Below are positions 40,564 to 53,514 of a DNA stretch of 64,000 nt, piece after piece. The stretch comes from Phoronis australis (taxonomy: Eukaryota > Animalia > Phoronida): the NCBI GenBank assembly GCA_002633005.1, contig NMRA01000690.1, positions 130,365 through 194,364 on the forward strand, read 5' to 3'. Under the pieces are notes generated by a model. That model saw nothing but the letters and a program-made list of their open reading frames with translations. It was not told the DNA's origin and did not search any database. A program made the position numbers and the translations under genes. The stretch's first letter is position 1; every line of letters begins with the position of its first letter.

Positions 40564-40683
40564 TCAAAAATCCTTGAACTCCTCTTCGTACAAGCAGTTT
40601 GGCGCCATTTTGAACACTTCTGGGTCTTCGTCGTACTTGTCGAAGTTCTCAGATCCTCCCTTAGGTACCAGTGGTGCGTGAGC
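40564..40683 (-). CDS. PRKACA: PKA-C like, exon 10 (C-tail, stop)
   Basis: ttgttag|GCT; AHAPLVPKGGSENFDKYDEDPEVFKMAPNCLYEEEFKDF-TGA, containing PxxP, NFDxY and FxxF motifs. Confidence 0.9.
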   Translation of the reverse strand, partial: AHAPLVPKGGSENFDKYDEDPEVFKMAPNCLYEEEFKDF

Positions 40684-41535
40684 CTAACAAAATCAGGAAG
40701 TTCGTTAACTTGGCTAACAGACTATGTCCACATACGGTACAAGCTTTGTATTCAGGTCACTCGTCAAATAAAGTTAGATATTATGACCCCTGTGACGCTG
40801 GCAACAACATTGTTGTGTTAAGAATTTTATGTACAAATTGTCGCAAAACATAAATTGGATTGAAGCCAACCTATCAGCAGAATATGATGAAAGAATCGAT
40901 GATTTTTGAGCCCCCATTTCAGGCTCAACGTAGGGAGCCAACGTAAAACTACCACAAAGTCGGGTGCATCGAATTATTTTTTCAAACCACGTGAGTTTGA
41001 TGAGCAATTTAATGAGAGTCTCGTCACTTTGTCCCATATTGTGTGGGCAACTTGTCGCATAGTGAGTCATTGGAAGAGAAATACTAAGTTAAAAGGATCA
41101 CTCAGACGGTGCCTGGGTAATTGTCTTGCAATATTCTGTGCGCAGATGTTTATTTGCACATCTAAGCTTGCCACAATTAGAATATGACATGCTGTTATCC
41201 ATCAAAAAATAAATGTCACACAACGTCAAAGTATGAATGAAATGTTGCGTTTTCATTCGGTTGAGAGTTGTAGAGCTTGGAACATTTTCAGTCAAGCTAA
41301 TGCCTTTCCAGTTCGGTAAGATCACACAACTGCAACACGAGAACTCGTTCGAGTTTCGCCGAGTAACAGTATAAGCCTTTCTAGTGCAGCGCAGAAGCAA
41401 ATGGCCGCCCGACGTCCTTACGGACTCAGAGGTACGTAAACACTCAGAATGCTTATTCCGTTCTATGTGCCATTTCTCACAGCAAGCATCTCGCGAAAGA
41501 TTAGCGACACTGTCAAAAGGTCCCCTAGGGCCTAG

Positions 41536-41938
41536 GGTCCAATCTTTGTACTCGACTTCAAAATTACTTAAGGTAGTTTCCGTTCTACTTTAGTATGAGC
41601 TCAAGATAAGTGTCGATTTTTGTGCGTGCGCTCGAGTATGTTGCGGTTTAGGCAGATGCGTGTAGCCCGAGTTCGCGCTCCATGGTCCCAAGATTCGAGC
41701 TACAACCTCGAGTAAAAACAACGCTAAATTTTGAGTAAAAACTGGAAATTTCGAATTCAGACTTGAACTCATAGTTTTAATACAGTGGTCATCAAATGCA
41801 ATTTGTGATTAGACAGTCGTCCACGTAAATCAAAATGTGCACCAGCACAAAATTACACATCTCGAACTCGCACAAAAGTAAAACGGAAACTGTCAAAAAT
41901 AATAAATCGAGTTCCATCTCGAGTACAAGGATTAGACC
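41536..41938. mobile_element. Harbinger-like MITE in PKA intron 9
   Basis: GGTCCAATCTTTGTACTCGA ... TCGAGTACAAGGATTAGACC|CTG. TIR core AATC..TGTACTC is related to the 29695 and 63811 elements. Confidence 0.65.
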
Positions 41939-42136
41939 CTGGATCGTGATGTGTCACAATAGTCTCCTTGCGAGGAGAAAGTAGATCCGACAACAGTGAT
42001 GTTACGCTGACTTCATTTTATGCAGGTGTTTTTGTAAAAAGATCGGAACCACTTAGTCCAGTGACATTGATGATAAGGTAGAGTGCAAGCACTCCTTGGA
42101 AACTTCTTTCTCCTTACACTTGGAAACAAATCTTAC

Positions 42137-42301
42137 TTCTTTGTTATAAATGGAAACCCAGTTCGTAGAGCTGAACCACGGGCTGTGTTTGATGTCGTAT
42201 ATTCCATTCTTAAGGTTTCCAAATCGCCTTGTTAAGTCGACTTGTAGTAGATTCCGTATTAACGCTTTCAGCTCGGGATTGAGACCGTGTGGGAAGCGAA
42301 C
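42137..42301 (-). CDS. PRKACA: PKA-C like, exon 9
   Basis: 165 nt, TAG|...|GTAAG; [55 protein letters not shown]. Confidence 0.95.
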
Positions 42302-42700
42302 CTAAAACGAAATCACTGAATGCGAAATGGAATCAACAAGTGCAACTCAGACAGCCATATGTTTTCAAGAGCCGGGCTGTCCCTTGTTTAATCATTTCCA
42401 GCTTTCACATTGCTTGTTAACTTTTTGGGAAATAGAAACACCAAAATACTGTCAACATCAAAACCATATTTGGCGCCTCCTTTCTGATTGACGTTTGTGC
42501 ACTCGATCGTTGAGCGTATTTTTATTGGATACAACTGAAAAAGCATAGTTACCTGCCAACAAAATATTTTTGAACGTTTTAGACGTTTTATTGTCTCCAA
42601 ATTTTAACGTTTAATTGAATTAACCAAAGGTAGGGTAATTTAAAAACTATCTGGGTTCTTAGAAAGATTTCAGCAAGGAATATTCTTTCTAATATCTTAC

Positions 42701-42823
42701 TCTGCCTGCCACAATTTTTTCATAGATATCCATTGGATCCTCTGCCCAAAACGGCGGGAATCCGGAAGCCATTTCGTAGAGGAGGACTCCAAACGACCAC
42801 CAGTCAGCAGCTTTGTTGTAACC
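42701..42823 (-). CDS. PRKACA: PKA-C like, exon 8
   Basis: 123 nt, CAG|...|GTAAG; [41 protein letters not shown]. Confidence 0.95.
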
Positions 42824-42974
42824 CTGAAAAGGAGAAATGGAGTTCAGTTATAGACATATTGCCGTACAGTCTAATTATAGAGATCCATCTCAGAAGTAAA
42901 ATATCGAAAAATACNAGTTCTTTCATCTGCAGACCGACCATCTTCATACAAAGTGTTATTATTCACTATGTCGC

Positions 42975-43240
42975 GACATTCGACACATTGCTCGTATTCC
43001 AAAATATGGCTTGTGTGGGAAATACATTGAACAGACATACTGACTTACGTACAGGCAGACAGACTGACAGACAGACAGACGTCCCAAGCTGGCACGCTCG
43101 ACACAGTATTCGTTCCCTATATTCCAAAACATGGCTTGCGTGGGAAATAGATTGGACAGCATTGCTTTTATATATTTATATACATTATAGTACGACGTGA
43201 TCTTGGATACAGCGAGAGAAAGACAGACAGACAAACAGAC
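42975..43240. repeat. Two ~120-bp-spaced direct repeats interleaved with GACA microsatellite (Helitron/HINE-like remnant)
   Basis: TCGACACA...TATTCCAAAAYATGGCTTGYGTGGGAAATA.ATTG.ACAG occurs twice (about 42980 and 43098), each followed by (GACA)n. Confidence 0.55.
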
Positions 43241-44184
43241 AGGGTAGGTGGATACACAAAAAAATTAATTTTGACTGTTTTTTACATTTCCATATCATCC
43301 TAATCTTTAATTCTTGATGCACAGTATACTGAAGAAAAATAAAATCATTCTGAAAATCCAAAGTTGTTTTTTTAGCTATATTTGACCAAGCCTCAGTAAG
43401 TCATATGGCTTGAGTGCTCACCAGCTCAGTGATTGACAACTGNNNACAGACAGACAGACAGACGTAAGATAACTTCGTACTGAAGCTGACGAAAATACTT
43501 GTCGACCCGCGTAAGCTAAGTAAGCGCCAGACAACGGATTGTGTAATATTTCTGCGCCAACACATTCTGCCATCATATTATGTGAATTTGCATCTAGACT
43601 TAACTAGTTAAAGAGTATTGCATATGATATTAATTATTTACTTGTAAATTGTGTTAAAGCCAAACATCAAAACATTGTAATTTTGGCAAATGAATTTCAT
43701 GGAACATGAGCAATTAACATTCGAATTAATATCAATTTCTGTTGGCAGGTGCGCTTATTCCGTATTTACTACTTTAATACAAACGATATCCATTTGCAAT
43801 TAACAACATGAACAACGTGTTGTGCATGATAAATCGATTAGAACCAGCATGGGCGCTAGGCAGTGTTACAAACGGTTTTGCGCAATTTGTATTGACTAAA
43901 AACCTGGTGCGCCCATTGACTCTTGTTCAGCGTGCTGAAGCTCTTGATTTGTAAGGCCTAGCGCAGACGAATACATGTAGCTGCAAGTTGAGCTGCCGTC
44001 CTCAAGTGAATTCTAGCTTAGCTCAAAGCTCGATGTGGGTTACCCGCTCACAGGAAATAAAATGCTCACTGTCTTTCGCAGAAAACAGCGCAATGCAGTA
44101 TACACTTTGAGGCTGGGCTGCTGCGTGATTATTGCCTGAGCATTTAGCTAAACTCGCGCGCATGCTCCGAGGAGTTACTCTCCG

Positions 44185-44818
44185 CTCGCTGGTTCCCTGC
44201 GTGCTTAGCCCAGCCAGCACGCACGGGTATCACGCAGTGGCACGCGCTTTAGCATTGGTCGATGTAACCTCGACAGTCATTGGTTAGCTTTACACACCAT
44301 GAAAAAATGGCGGACTGTGAACGATTTTTAGCCTTGTCATGCAAGTGGCTTCGCAGCAACTATTTCGTTTCTGCAGTGATGTTTTATAGCCGCGTGCTTG
44401 AAGCACATACATGTAACAACAAACACAATCTGGCCGATTTAACCGGTGTGTTATTCATACTGTATGAATACTGGACACTATCGTAAACAAAAGTCATCGA
44501 CAGTAGAAAGATACATTCCGAAAAGACGCAATCACAATTTCTAGGCTTCATATTTCCTGAACATCAATTTAAGCATCGATTTGTCTGTACAACAGACCAC
44601 ATTTACAATTCAGTTCATAGACTTCTTAATACTGTATGTGATGTCTATGCTTCAGTCCATCAGTCATGCCAGTTTGTTTGGGTAAAGCGCTGCCTGCTGA
44701 GAATTCGACTAGCCAATCAGAAACGCCGGTGTAAAAAAAATTCCCGAGGAAAATTAAGTGATACCTGCGTGCTGGCGCGGCTACCGCCCCACCTAGAGGA
44801 ACGCAGGGAACCAGCGAG
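44185..44818. mobile_element. Second copy of the CTCGCTGGTTCCC MITE, in PKA intron 7
   Basis: Same TIRs and colinear interior as 32445-33025, with about 50 extra bp in the middle. No TSD visible. Confidence 0.88.
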
Positions 44819-46610
44819 TGTGCTTCGCAGATAAAAGCAAATCCAACAAATGAGACATTCGTCTCGACGCCTTGCGAGGCAAAATCTTCGCAAATCATGT
44901 TGCCGCAGGCGTGAGCAATAAGCAAAGCTCATTTGCACTCGAGGCGCGTTGCTCTCCTTCTGCGCTGGCTTATAGATGCTGGAAAACGTTATGTTAGGTT
45001 GCACAGACTTTTCGAGTGAACCATGGTGCAAGAGTACAGTTTGGGGAAACTGAGGCAAGAGGCAATAAAGGGTGGTATGAGAACATTTTTCAGTAAAATG
45101 CAGATCAAGCCCCAGATTAATGACATTTGTCATTGCTACCAGGAGACAATTTGCTGTTTAAGATCGAGATTCAGTCACGAACTCGTGTCAATGGTGATTT
45201 GCAAATTTCGTTTCAAACACCGCTTAAGAGATTGCTTGTTTCACGTCCAGCAAAGAAATGAAGGCAGCAATAATGCCAAATGAACACAAGAGGCGAAAGC
45301 AATGTCGACGAGAAAAGAGATTTTCTGAGATCAGTCTCAGCGCAGAATTGAACCTGAAACCCCCCAGGTCGCAGTAACGCTCTCCTCGCGGAGCTTCAGC
45401 CCACTCGATAACTGGCAGAGTACTTTAATCGCAATTACACCATTTTGGGAAAATTTGTGGCTTACAGGAATTACGGATATTTCAATCAACATTTTAAGTG
45501 TTTATACTCGTGTCTCTGGTTCATGAAACATGCAGGATGCAAGAATATAAATGATACTCTACACACACGTGCGCGCGCGCGTACACACAGACACACTTCT
45601 TGTTCATTTGATCTAGCGTATTCCACACAGGTAAATTCCCAAGTCATATACTTTAAAAATGGCCACCGCCATTTCACGTAATTACCTGTACCTCTTGAAA
45701 TCTCCACCTGGCGATCGGTAAGTTATTTAAGAACGAGAACATTTACCACGTGACACAAAATGGCGCCTTTACGTTCTGTAGAACGCGAGTAACTTGCGTC
45801 AAATTCTAGGCGCACAGAAACTACATGGATACTATAAGTCACATATCATAGACCACGAGCTCGCTACACAAGCAACGGCAGCACTTCGCGGAAGGGTGTA
45901 CTGAATGCAGTGCGTTGTAGGACTTGAACTGTCTGTTTGCGTCACTTGTAGTAATGTGCAAGTCGGGCTATTTTAATGTAAAAAGGGTCTCAACGTTTTG
46001 TATCAACATTGGCTAATTCATGACAAGTTGTTCCAGTCCCATGACGACGTTTGTTAAGTACAGTGGCTACTGCGTAGGGTAAATGCATGGTAAATTCGTG
46101 TGAAAGTCGATTTAGTGTCTATTTTGGATTTACTGGTTACAAGACAATGCCTAAACGAACGCAGTTACATTACGAAACCTATCTATGAACATGGTTTGGA
46201 GGAATTTCACGAATTATACATGAGTGTGAGTACGCCAGTTTTTTGCTTGTTTGGTGTTGACGCTTCGTAACCTAATGAGGGGCAGGTGTGCGAACGGTGG
46301 ATAGGATATATTTATGCGTCTAAGTATATAATGGCGAGAATTGGGATTTGCAATAAAAACCATAAAACTCAAAGTTGGTTGTTTGTTATAACTCCAGCCA
46401 CAGCTTAAGACTTTAAGAAGTACATTCCACCCAACAATAATCTCAATACGATAATGTTCCATTAATTACATCAGATGTTGGCCAAATCATAGAAATCAAT
46501 TTTAAAATCAGCGCAACTACGTAGATTTTCATGTTCAAAGTTTCGCTTTAATCGCTAAAGCATTATCTAGACCATAAACCAATATGCACTCAACATTATC
46601 AAGCACTAAA

Positions 46611-46829
46611 TATGCGCGCACCCAGCCTCCAATATGGGGGGCTCGAATTCCTGATGTTGTGGATCTTTTGGTAACAATAAAACGGCTGCAACACTTTGAA
46701 TTGCGCGTTTGTGCTTGTTGCGTGGACTTTTGTCTCATTCTCTAGGACTTTTTGTTTCTCGGAGGCGGACCTTCTTGCCCACTTCGCCAAATGGGGGGCT
46801 CGAATGAGCCCCCCCCGGGTGCGCGCATG
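46611..46829. mobile_element. Short MITE with (C/T)ATGCGCGCACCC TIRs
   Basis: TATGCGCGCACCC ... GGGTGCGCGCATG, with internal repeat ATGGGGGGCTCGAAT twice. A solo right end recurs at about 47345-47383. Confidence 0.6.
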
Positions 46830-47478
46830 CTATGCTAAACTAACTGAACAAACAACGAATATACTTAAACACAGCAAATTTTAACGAGATGGATTTTTCT
46901 GCGAGTTCAACAGATGTAAACGGGAAGGCAACCGTTTTCAGTCATTTTGGTCAAATGTGATTTTTCTTATTATCCTCGAGAAATTTTGATGTTAATAAAA
47001 TTTCACTGGGCTCTAAATAGTTTTGTATAAGTCACTCCGGATCTGACGTTCCTGGTCCTGATCATTTACCGCCATTTTAGTTTGTGCAACGATTCAATGT
47101 GAACATCTCATCGATTGTACATTATTTCCTAAAAATTGCCGTAATAAATTGCCTTCAACAAGTATTCTTTGACAATCCTAGATTGAACTATAACTCAGTT
47201 GAGTGAGAATTAGTTATTGTTTGGCGTGACGTGCACGTGACGGGAAGTCGCTGCAGCGGGCGATCACATTTTGAAACTCGATGACGGATAAATGGTAGAC
47301 AGTGAAAATGACATTTATTTCACAACTACCCAGTAGGGCCTTTTTGCCCACTTCGTCCCCCACCCCCCGTGGGTGCGCGCATGCGAATCTGTGCTGGTTG
47401 CCTTAGACACTGTGGTGACTTTTCACGCGCATGAGTGACACCAACGTCCTTGACTCAAAAAGGCACCCCGAGCAAGTG

Positions 47479-47598
47479 CATGGGCGGCGTAGCACTGAAA
47501 AATGAGAGGGCTATCGGCGTAGCACTGAAAAAAGTGGGGCTNAAACTGAAAAAAGTGGGGCTATACCCCCCCCCCGCCCCTATGGTGCACCGCCCACG
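47479..47598. mobile_element. CATGGGCGGC micro-MITE with perfect 5-bp TSD and internal triplication
   Basis: AAGTG|CATGGGCGGCG ... CACCGCCCACG|AAGTG. The internal unit ACTGAAAAA...GGGCT occurs three times. Confidence 0.7.
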
Positions 47599-48698
47599 AA
47601 GTGGCCACAGAGACGCGCGGCAGAAAAAGGAAATGTTCATGGTATGTCATCCTTCTTGAGAACGTGTTATGAAGATACTTTCGCGATGTCTAAGTATATG
47701 TCCTTTTCGTAATTTGAGGTCGGGTAAAGTTTCCACGCACACAATAGTTCTGCATGCTTTATCCATTGCGCGAACGGGAACGCACCTCCGGCTGACCTTA
47801 TAATCCACTGGATAGAGCACCAGTACTCGTGCACGCCGAAGTGTAACAACCTTCAGGGCATGCTGGGTAAGACTCAGAGAAAGGCTAAGGACAGAAGACT
47901 TGTTACACGGTGACGAGCGCAATGACGCACCCGCAGTGTCAAACATAGTTCAAATTGCATTTAAACAAAGATGTCTGGACATGTGATGGGCTGCGAATGT
48001 CACGTCCGGAGTGACACGTGTATGGTCAATTAGAACCCGTGTAAATTCGTCAAGGGTAGCCAAAAAATCTTATTTTACCGAAAACGATGCTAAAAATGTT
48101 ACTGGCCCCTTTAAACTCAAATGTGAATGCAAGAGATAAACTTGGCAGAAAGGCAAGAAAACACATAGCACCATCGCCTACATGAACTATCCAAGACTTT
48201 GCACATTCTTGATAGAATCGCATTCCCCCAAGCCTACGTCACAACTCTTGCCAACAGTATGAGATGTGAATCATGCAGGCAGTGTACAGTCACGCTAATG
48301 GTGAACTAATCAAATACCGATGGTACAAAAATAAAAAACTCTTAAATAGAAAATGATGGTCGTTTCTTTCACATTCACTTCTCATTCCAAAATGTTTCCG
48401 CTTGCTTACTATACCACATTTTACACAAGCCAACGTACAGTTATTAGTGCCAGACCATACCTTTTTCAAAGTCTCACAATTCACTTATCTCTCACCACAG
48501 GGTGTGCCAGTTACCTTCGATCAGGTAAATTTTGTTCTTTGGGAAACCCCAATGAAATGTAGAATTGTTTTTGGAACGTAAACAGTTGTGTAACACAATA
48601 TCCGATACCTTGTTGTGTATATCCGCACTGACGTTAAAACGACTCAAAGAAACACAACAATTGTACGACGCGGGATATACGTTTATGGCACTAGAGGG

Positions 48699-48850
48699 TA
48701 GAGTTCAGTAACGCTGGGACCTACGTGTACACCAGGAACTCGCTAAAATTTAGCCAAAAACACGTGTTATCATTTAAAATACACGGCAATATCTCACGTA
48801 GTCTCGTGAAGTATTGCTATTTAGCGAGGTCCTAGCGTTACTGAACTCTA
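48699..48850. mobile_element. 152-bp hairpin MITE (TAGAGTTCAGTAACGCT TIR)
   Basis: TAGAGTTCAGTAACGCTGGGACCT ... AGGTCCTAGCGTTACTGAACTCTA, 24-bp TIR with 1 mismatch. Confidence 0.7.
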
Positions 48851-48929
48851 CTCAGTTATGATATGAATTGAATTTGTTGATTCAGATGTTGCAGAAACAA
48901 TGCCTTGTGCATAGTCCAGTGGAGTCCAG

Positions 48930-49188
48930 GGCTGCGTTTCGTAAATCCATGTGTGTTAGTCATACACTTGCGACGAAAATTTTCGCTTATGGAACGGTAA
49001 ACGTGAATTGTAGAAAACAGTTTAGTGAATTAATCTCATAACTCAACATTACAACCTCAAAGACCTTTCATTTCAGAGGCCGACATTTAGCTAAATTGCG
49101 CTAGTTCGTTTTGAGCTTACTCACGATACACTAGCAGCATTTTACATGGTCTTGCGTGGTCTAAATCTTAGGCCAACGGAACGCTACC
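48930..49188. mobile_element. Harbinger-like MITE (family of 38177)
   Basis: CAG|GGCTGCGTTTCGT ... ACGGAACGCTACC|CAA, with shared internal TTCGCTTATGGAACGG. Confidence 0.55.
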
Positions 49189-51082
49189 CAATTCTGGTGA
49201 ATTACAAACTTGTAGATATTCGTTTTAGCAAGCCGCCGGCATCAGAATGTTCCATTTTTTATTCCGAACTGAACCCCAAAAGAGTACGTTCTAAACCATA
49301 AAGTCATACGATTGGCAAAGTTTGTTCACGTGATACATAAACGTCAATAGTGTGAAACATGAGTACATTTTCAATAAACTGTTTCTAACAATGTGACTAT
49401 GCTCTTAATCAGGAATCCTAAACAGCATTTAAATATCACAGCTTGGAAATTATAGTTAAATAGCAAAGTCTTTTGGAGATTTAGCTTTGACCAAAGCGTT
49501 AAAACAGCAGAATGTGTTGTCTTTGAGATTTTGTTTGATGCAGCCCATTCACGGTATTCGGTAAAATTAAAGAGCAACAATCGGGTTTTAAGGCAAAAAG
49601 ATATTTTGAGGATTATTTTGGATAGGATCGACTTCTTCAAGTCATTAGCTTTGACTACTAGAGGTGTAAAACAGCAAAAACAGTTGTATTTTTGTGATCA
49701 TGGTGCAAATCTCCGATTCCAAGACTGTCAGTCAAAGCGGACCGAAATCGAGGTTGTGGTCTCGTCAGCTGTTTCGCGAAAATGGCTGAAGCGGGCAGTG
49801 TGTAGCTGACGTGAAAAAAGCCTAGACCAAGTAATTTTCTCATTGTACATGCACGGGAGCAAAACAGGCAGGAAACAATCACTCAAGAATAAGCATTTGA
49901 GAACGAAACGAAGCACAGCAAGAGTAGTTGAGCATTTCCTGAAATGCTGAACTTTTGGTATACAAAGGGAGGGACTTGCATTCCTCTCCCGTCTTCAAAA
50001 ATAGCTCGGATTCATGCTCGTTTTGATTTAATTTAAGCGTAAGCATCAAATTGCTTTTAAAAACCTTGTAATTTTTCTTGTCGGTGACTAGTTAACGGAT
50101 TGAAATACCGCGCAAATTTTCGAATTATCTCGACCAGTCGTCAGCATAATTACACGATACTCGTGTTCTTAAATGAGCAAATCTGCTTTGAAAACCTGAT
50201 AACCTGATGTCTATAATTGTTCACACTCTTTGAGGCTAACTATTACCGGAGTACCATGTTATTGCCAGAACATCGTTCCTGAACTCTAAAATTACGCAAT
50301 GGCCAGATATAACGACGTGCGCATATTTTGAGAACTTGTTTGAAGCCCGTTATTCAGTGGAGAAAACTGGTTCTCAAAATTATGTGCGGGGGAAAATGAG
50401 GTGTCTGGAAGTCGAGGTCATCGGCCTCGCATGGAGTTGTCGCCGCCGAAAACAAAGCGAAAGGAAAACACATTCACGTAAACGAAAAACGTCGTACCTT
50501 TGACAAAACAGCCCGAACAACTGTTGAAGTGTTCTCTGCGATGGGTTTGTGTAATTTTGTTCAAAGTTGGGCATTTTAGTCATACTTCATCTTTTCCGAT
50601 TACGTAACTAACTGAAAGCGAGGTCGGCGACCTTATACCCTTAAATTACTCGGCATGTTTTCTCACATTGGGTTTAAGTTGCAAAGTGTCGCTCTATGAC
50701 CACTGAGGTCGTGGGTGCTAATCTTATTGAGGGCTGATCTCAAATACACAACACTGTTGCCGATACGTCACGTTAGTAACACCTTCATATTCCTGGTATG
50801 CATGTACACGCGCATGTGAATGTCAGTCAAAATTAATGATACTATCTTATAACACCAATGAGCAAGAGCAGCATACGATACTGAAAGCGAAGATCTCAAA
50901 GGTCAGTGTGATTTTAGTGTGACAACGTCATCACAAGACGTCGGACTTTAAGATGACGAATTGAAAGGATTTCGATTGTGGATGCCGAAACATGTGCATC
51001 ATGGAAACTTGATTTTGGTCATACTGTCCACCAGAAACTTTACTGTCCTGCAGAAATTAAACAATAACAGCGAAAAACTCAC

Positions 51083-51178
51083 TCTACTAAGGATTATCTC
51101 AGGGGCAATGTATTCGGGAGTTCCACACATGGTATACGTCCTCGCCTTGACGCGCTTGGCAAAACCGAAGTCAGCAAT
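51083..51178 (-). CDS. PRKACA: PKA-C like, exon 7 (DFG/activation loop)
   Basis: 96 nt, CAG|...|GTGAG; [32 protein letters not shown]. Confidence 0.95.
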
Positions 51179-51680
51179 CTGGAAAAATAATTAGCAATTC
51201 ATCAGCGAGAAATCTCACCACTACATAGTTCGGTATGCATCTAAGCAAATTAATGGCGTCGCGGCCAGTTTAATTACTTCTTGAATCAAAACAAAAGTCA
51301 AATTTAAGTTGTTTGACTGTCGGTATGTTCACCTGTATGAAAAGGAACATTTCGAACAGATGCTTTAAAGACCTTTGTAGAATCTTTTGAAAACCATGAA
51401 AATATTTTCGCTCATGTTTTGGGACGGACACGTTGTTTTGTTTCCCAATAGGTCAATTTAGCGTTTGTTATAACGCAAGCTAACACCGTACTATAAGTTC
51501 AATGATTGTTTCAACGGAACGATTCACCACCACTTGATTTATCGCGCTAATTGGGAAGTTTGCGATGTCGGCTTCACCTTACGAGCGCTGCGTAGGACTT
51601 TAACAATTGTATTTGTTCACTTAATTGTATATTTATTTTTCCACATATTCAATCGTTTACATACACACACGTTTTTATTA

Positions 51681-51875
<195 letters not shown>

Positions 51876-53361
51876 TTATAAGGATTCCAATCTCATATTC
51901 CAACTTACAAATCTCAGACGGTATTGCCTCTCACACTAAACTACAGGCCGAGTGTGTGAAACTAATTGTCTCAGTGGTTTAAACACATAATATATGTCAA
52001 ATATTGGGCAAAAAATATACAAATGGGTCACTCTTTCGTTGCAATCACTCAAAAAAGGTTAAATTTAGTTCAAATCTTCGAAATTAACTTATCTGAAACA
52101 TACTTCAAGGCGTTGATTCAGAATGGTATGGTCGTTTTGAAATGAAGCAACTGTTCGTGAAAATATTCTCAAAATTTCCCAAAAAGACCTAAAACCAAGC
52201 CTTGAAAAGTTCCTCGATAATAAAACAAGCATTTAAGGCTGTTAAGTTAGCAATTTAAATAAAAAACTAATTCTTGAGTGCGCGTGGTGCGCCTTCTCAC
52301 GGGAATCTGACACATCTATACATGTCCTTTGTTCCGCGATCGAAGAAAGTCCTTACGCTCTCTAGCTTTGAAACAAAAAGGCTTTACCAAACAAGACCAA
52401 CGCTGGGGCGTTGGCATGCGCCCATAGTACATCGCATCCAATATGTGATTCCAAGGGTAACTAGGAGGTGCTGTAGTAGTCGAATAAGCCCGAAAATCAT
52501 GGTGCCGGCGCATCACATGCCGCTGAGTAAAGTTATTCGGTTTAATGGATATAATCTGGAAATGCTCTCACCCTAAACAACACTTGGAAAGTCCCCATCT
52601 CGAGAACAAAGTCATCATATATAACTATGTAAAGTTTCATTGAAATCTAACAGCCGAACAAATACTCTGTCGTCGTAACTTGTAAGACGCCGATTTTGTT
52701 TGAACTTTTGATCGGGTTCATCTTTGTCAACATATGTATGATGTTTCTCAACTAAGATCAAATCAAGTGCTGCGTGGAGATCATATTTCGATGCAACCAG
52801 CCTCGTCCCATTCCCACAGACCTTTTACCAACCAATTGTACTCTTTTAGTATAGGCCCACGTTTAATTATCTTCACATTCGATTTTGAGCACATGTCTGC
52901 AATTATTCTTACTTCGTATATAGAGGTCAACAAAAAATATAACTAGAACTTTTTTGCTTAAAAGCCGCACACTTTAGGTAGTACATATGTATAACGGAAG
53001 GTACAAGAACCGTTACCGACGCGGCAGAGTCGATAAAATATATATTGTGAAAGTCGATGGTGTCTGCACATTTAATTTAATATATTTCACCAAAACGATT
53101 GTCCTCAACACTGCGAAATACGCCAAAACTTACGAGGAGATCGAAAAAATAGTGATATCAGTTGATAATTGAAACAGCAAATAGTCAGAAACGGAATAGC
53201 TGATTGCTGAGGAATTGTGAAAATGGAGGGCAAATCTGTTGCCCAAATTTGCCTGATAAGATCGTTGAGCACTGGGATTCTTACTGTTTTCTTGGCACAT
53301 TGCCCTGGTTAGTCAACATAAGTAACAGTTGAGGCTAGTCTGTAACTTTCATTATACTCAC

Positions 53362-53444
53362 GAGAACTTGCCCATCCTCCGTAAATGAGAGAACATTTCA
53401 CCACCTGACGCGAACTCCAACACCATGTATAAATTATTGTTATC
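53362..53444 (-). CDS. PRKACA: PKA-C like, exon 5
   Basis: 83 nt, CAG|...|GTGAG; [28 protein letters not shown]. Confidence 0.95.
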
Positions 53445-53514
53445 CTGAAAAATACCACGCTCTAAAAACGTCCGGAACTGTAGAAGAGGAATATTGGGTT
53501 GTTAAGAGATATAA

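Noticed and set aside
42733-43200. 155-aa plus-strand ORF
   Set aside because: Antisense to PKA exon 8 plus GACA repeat sequence.
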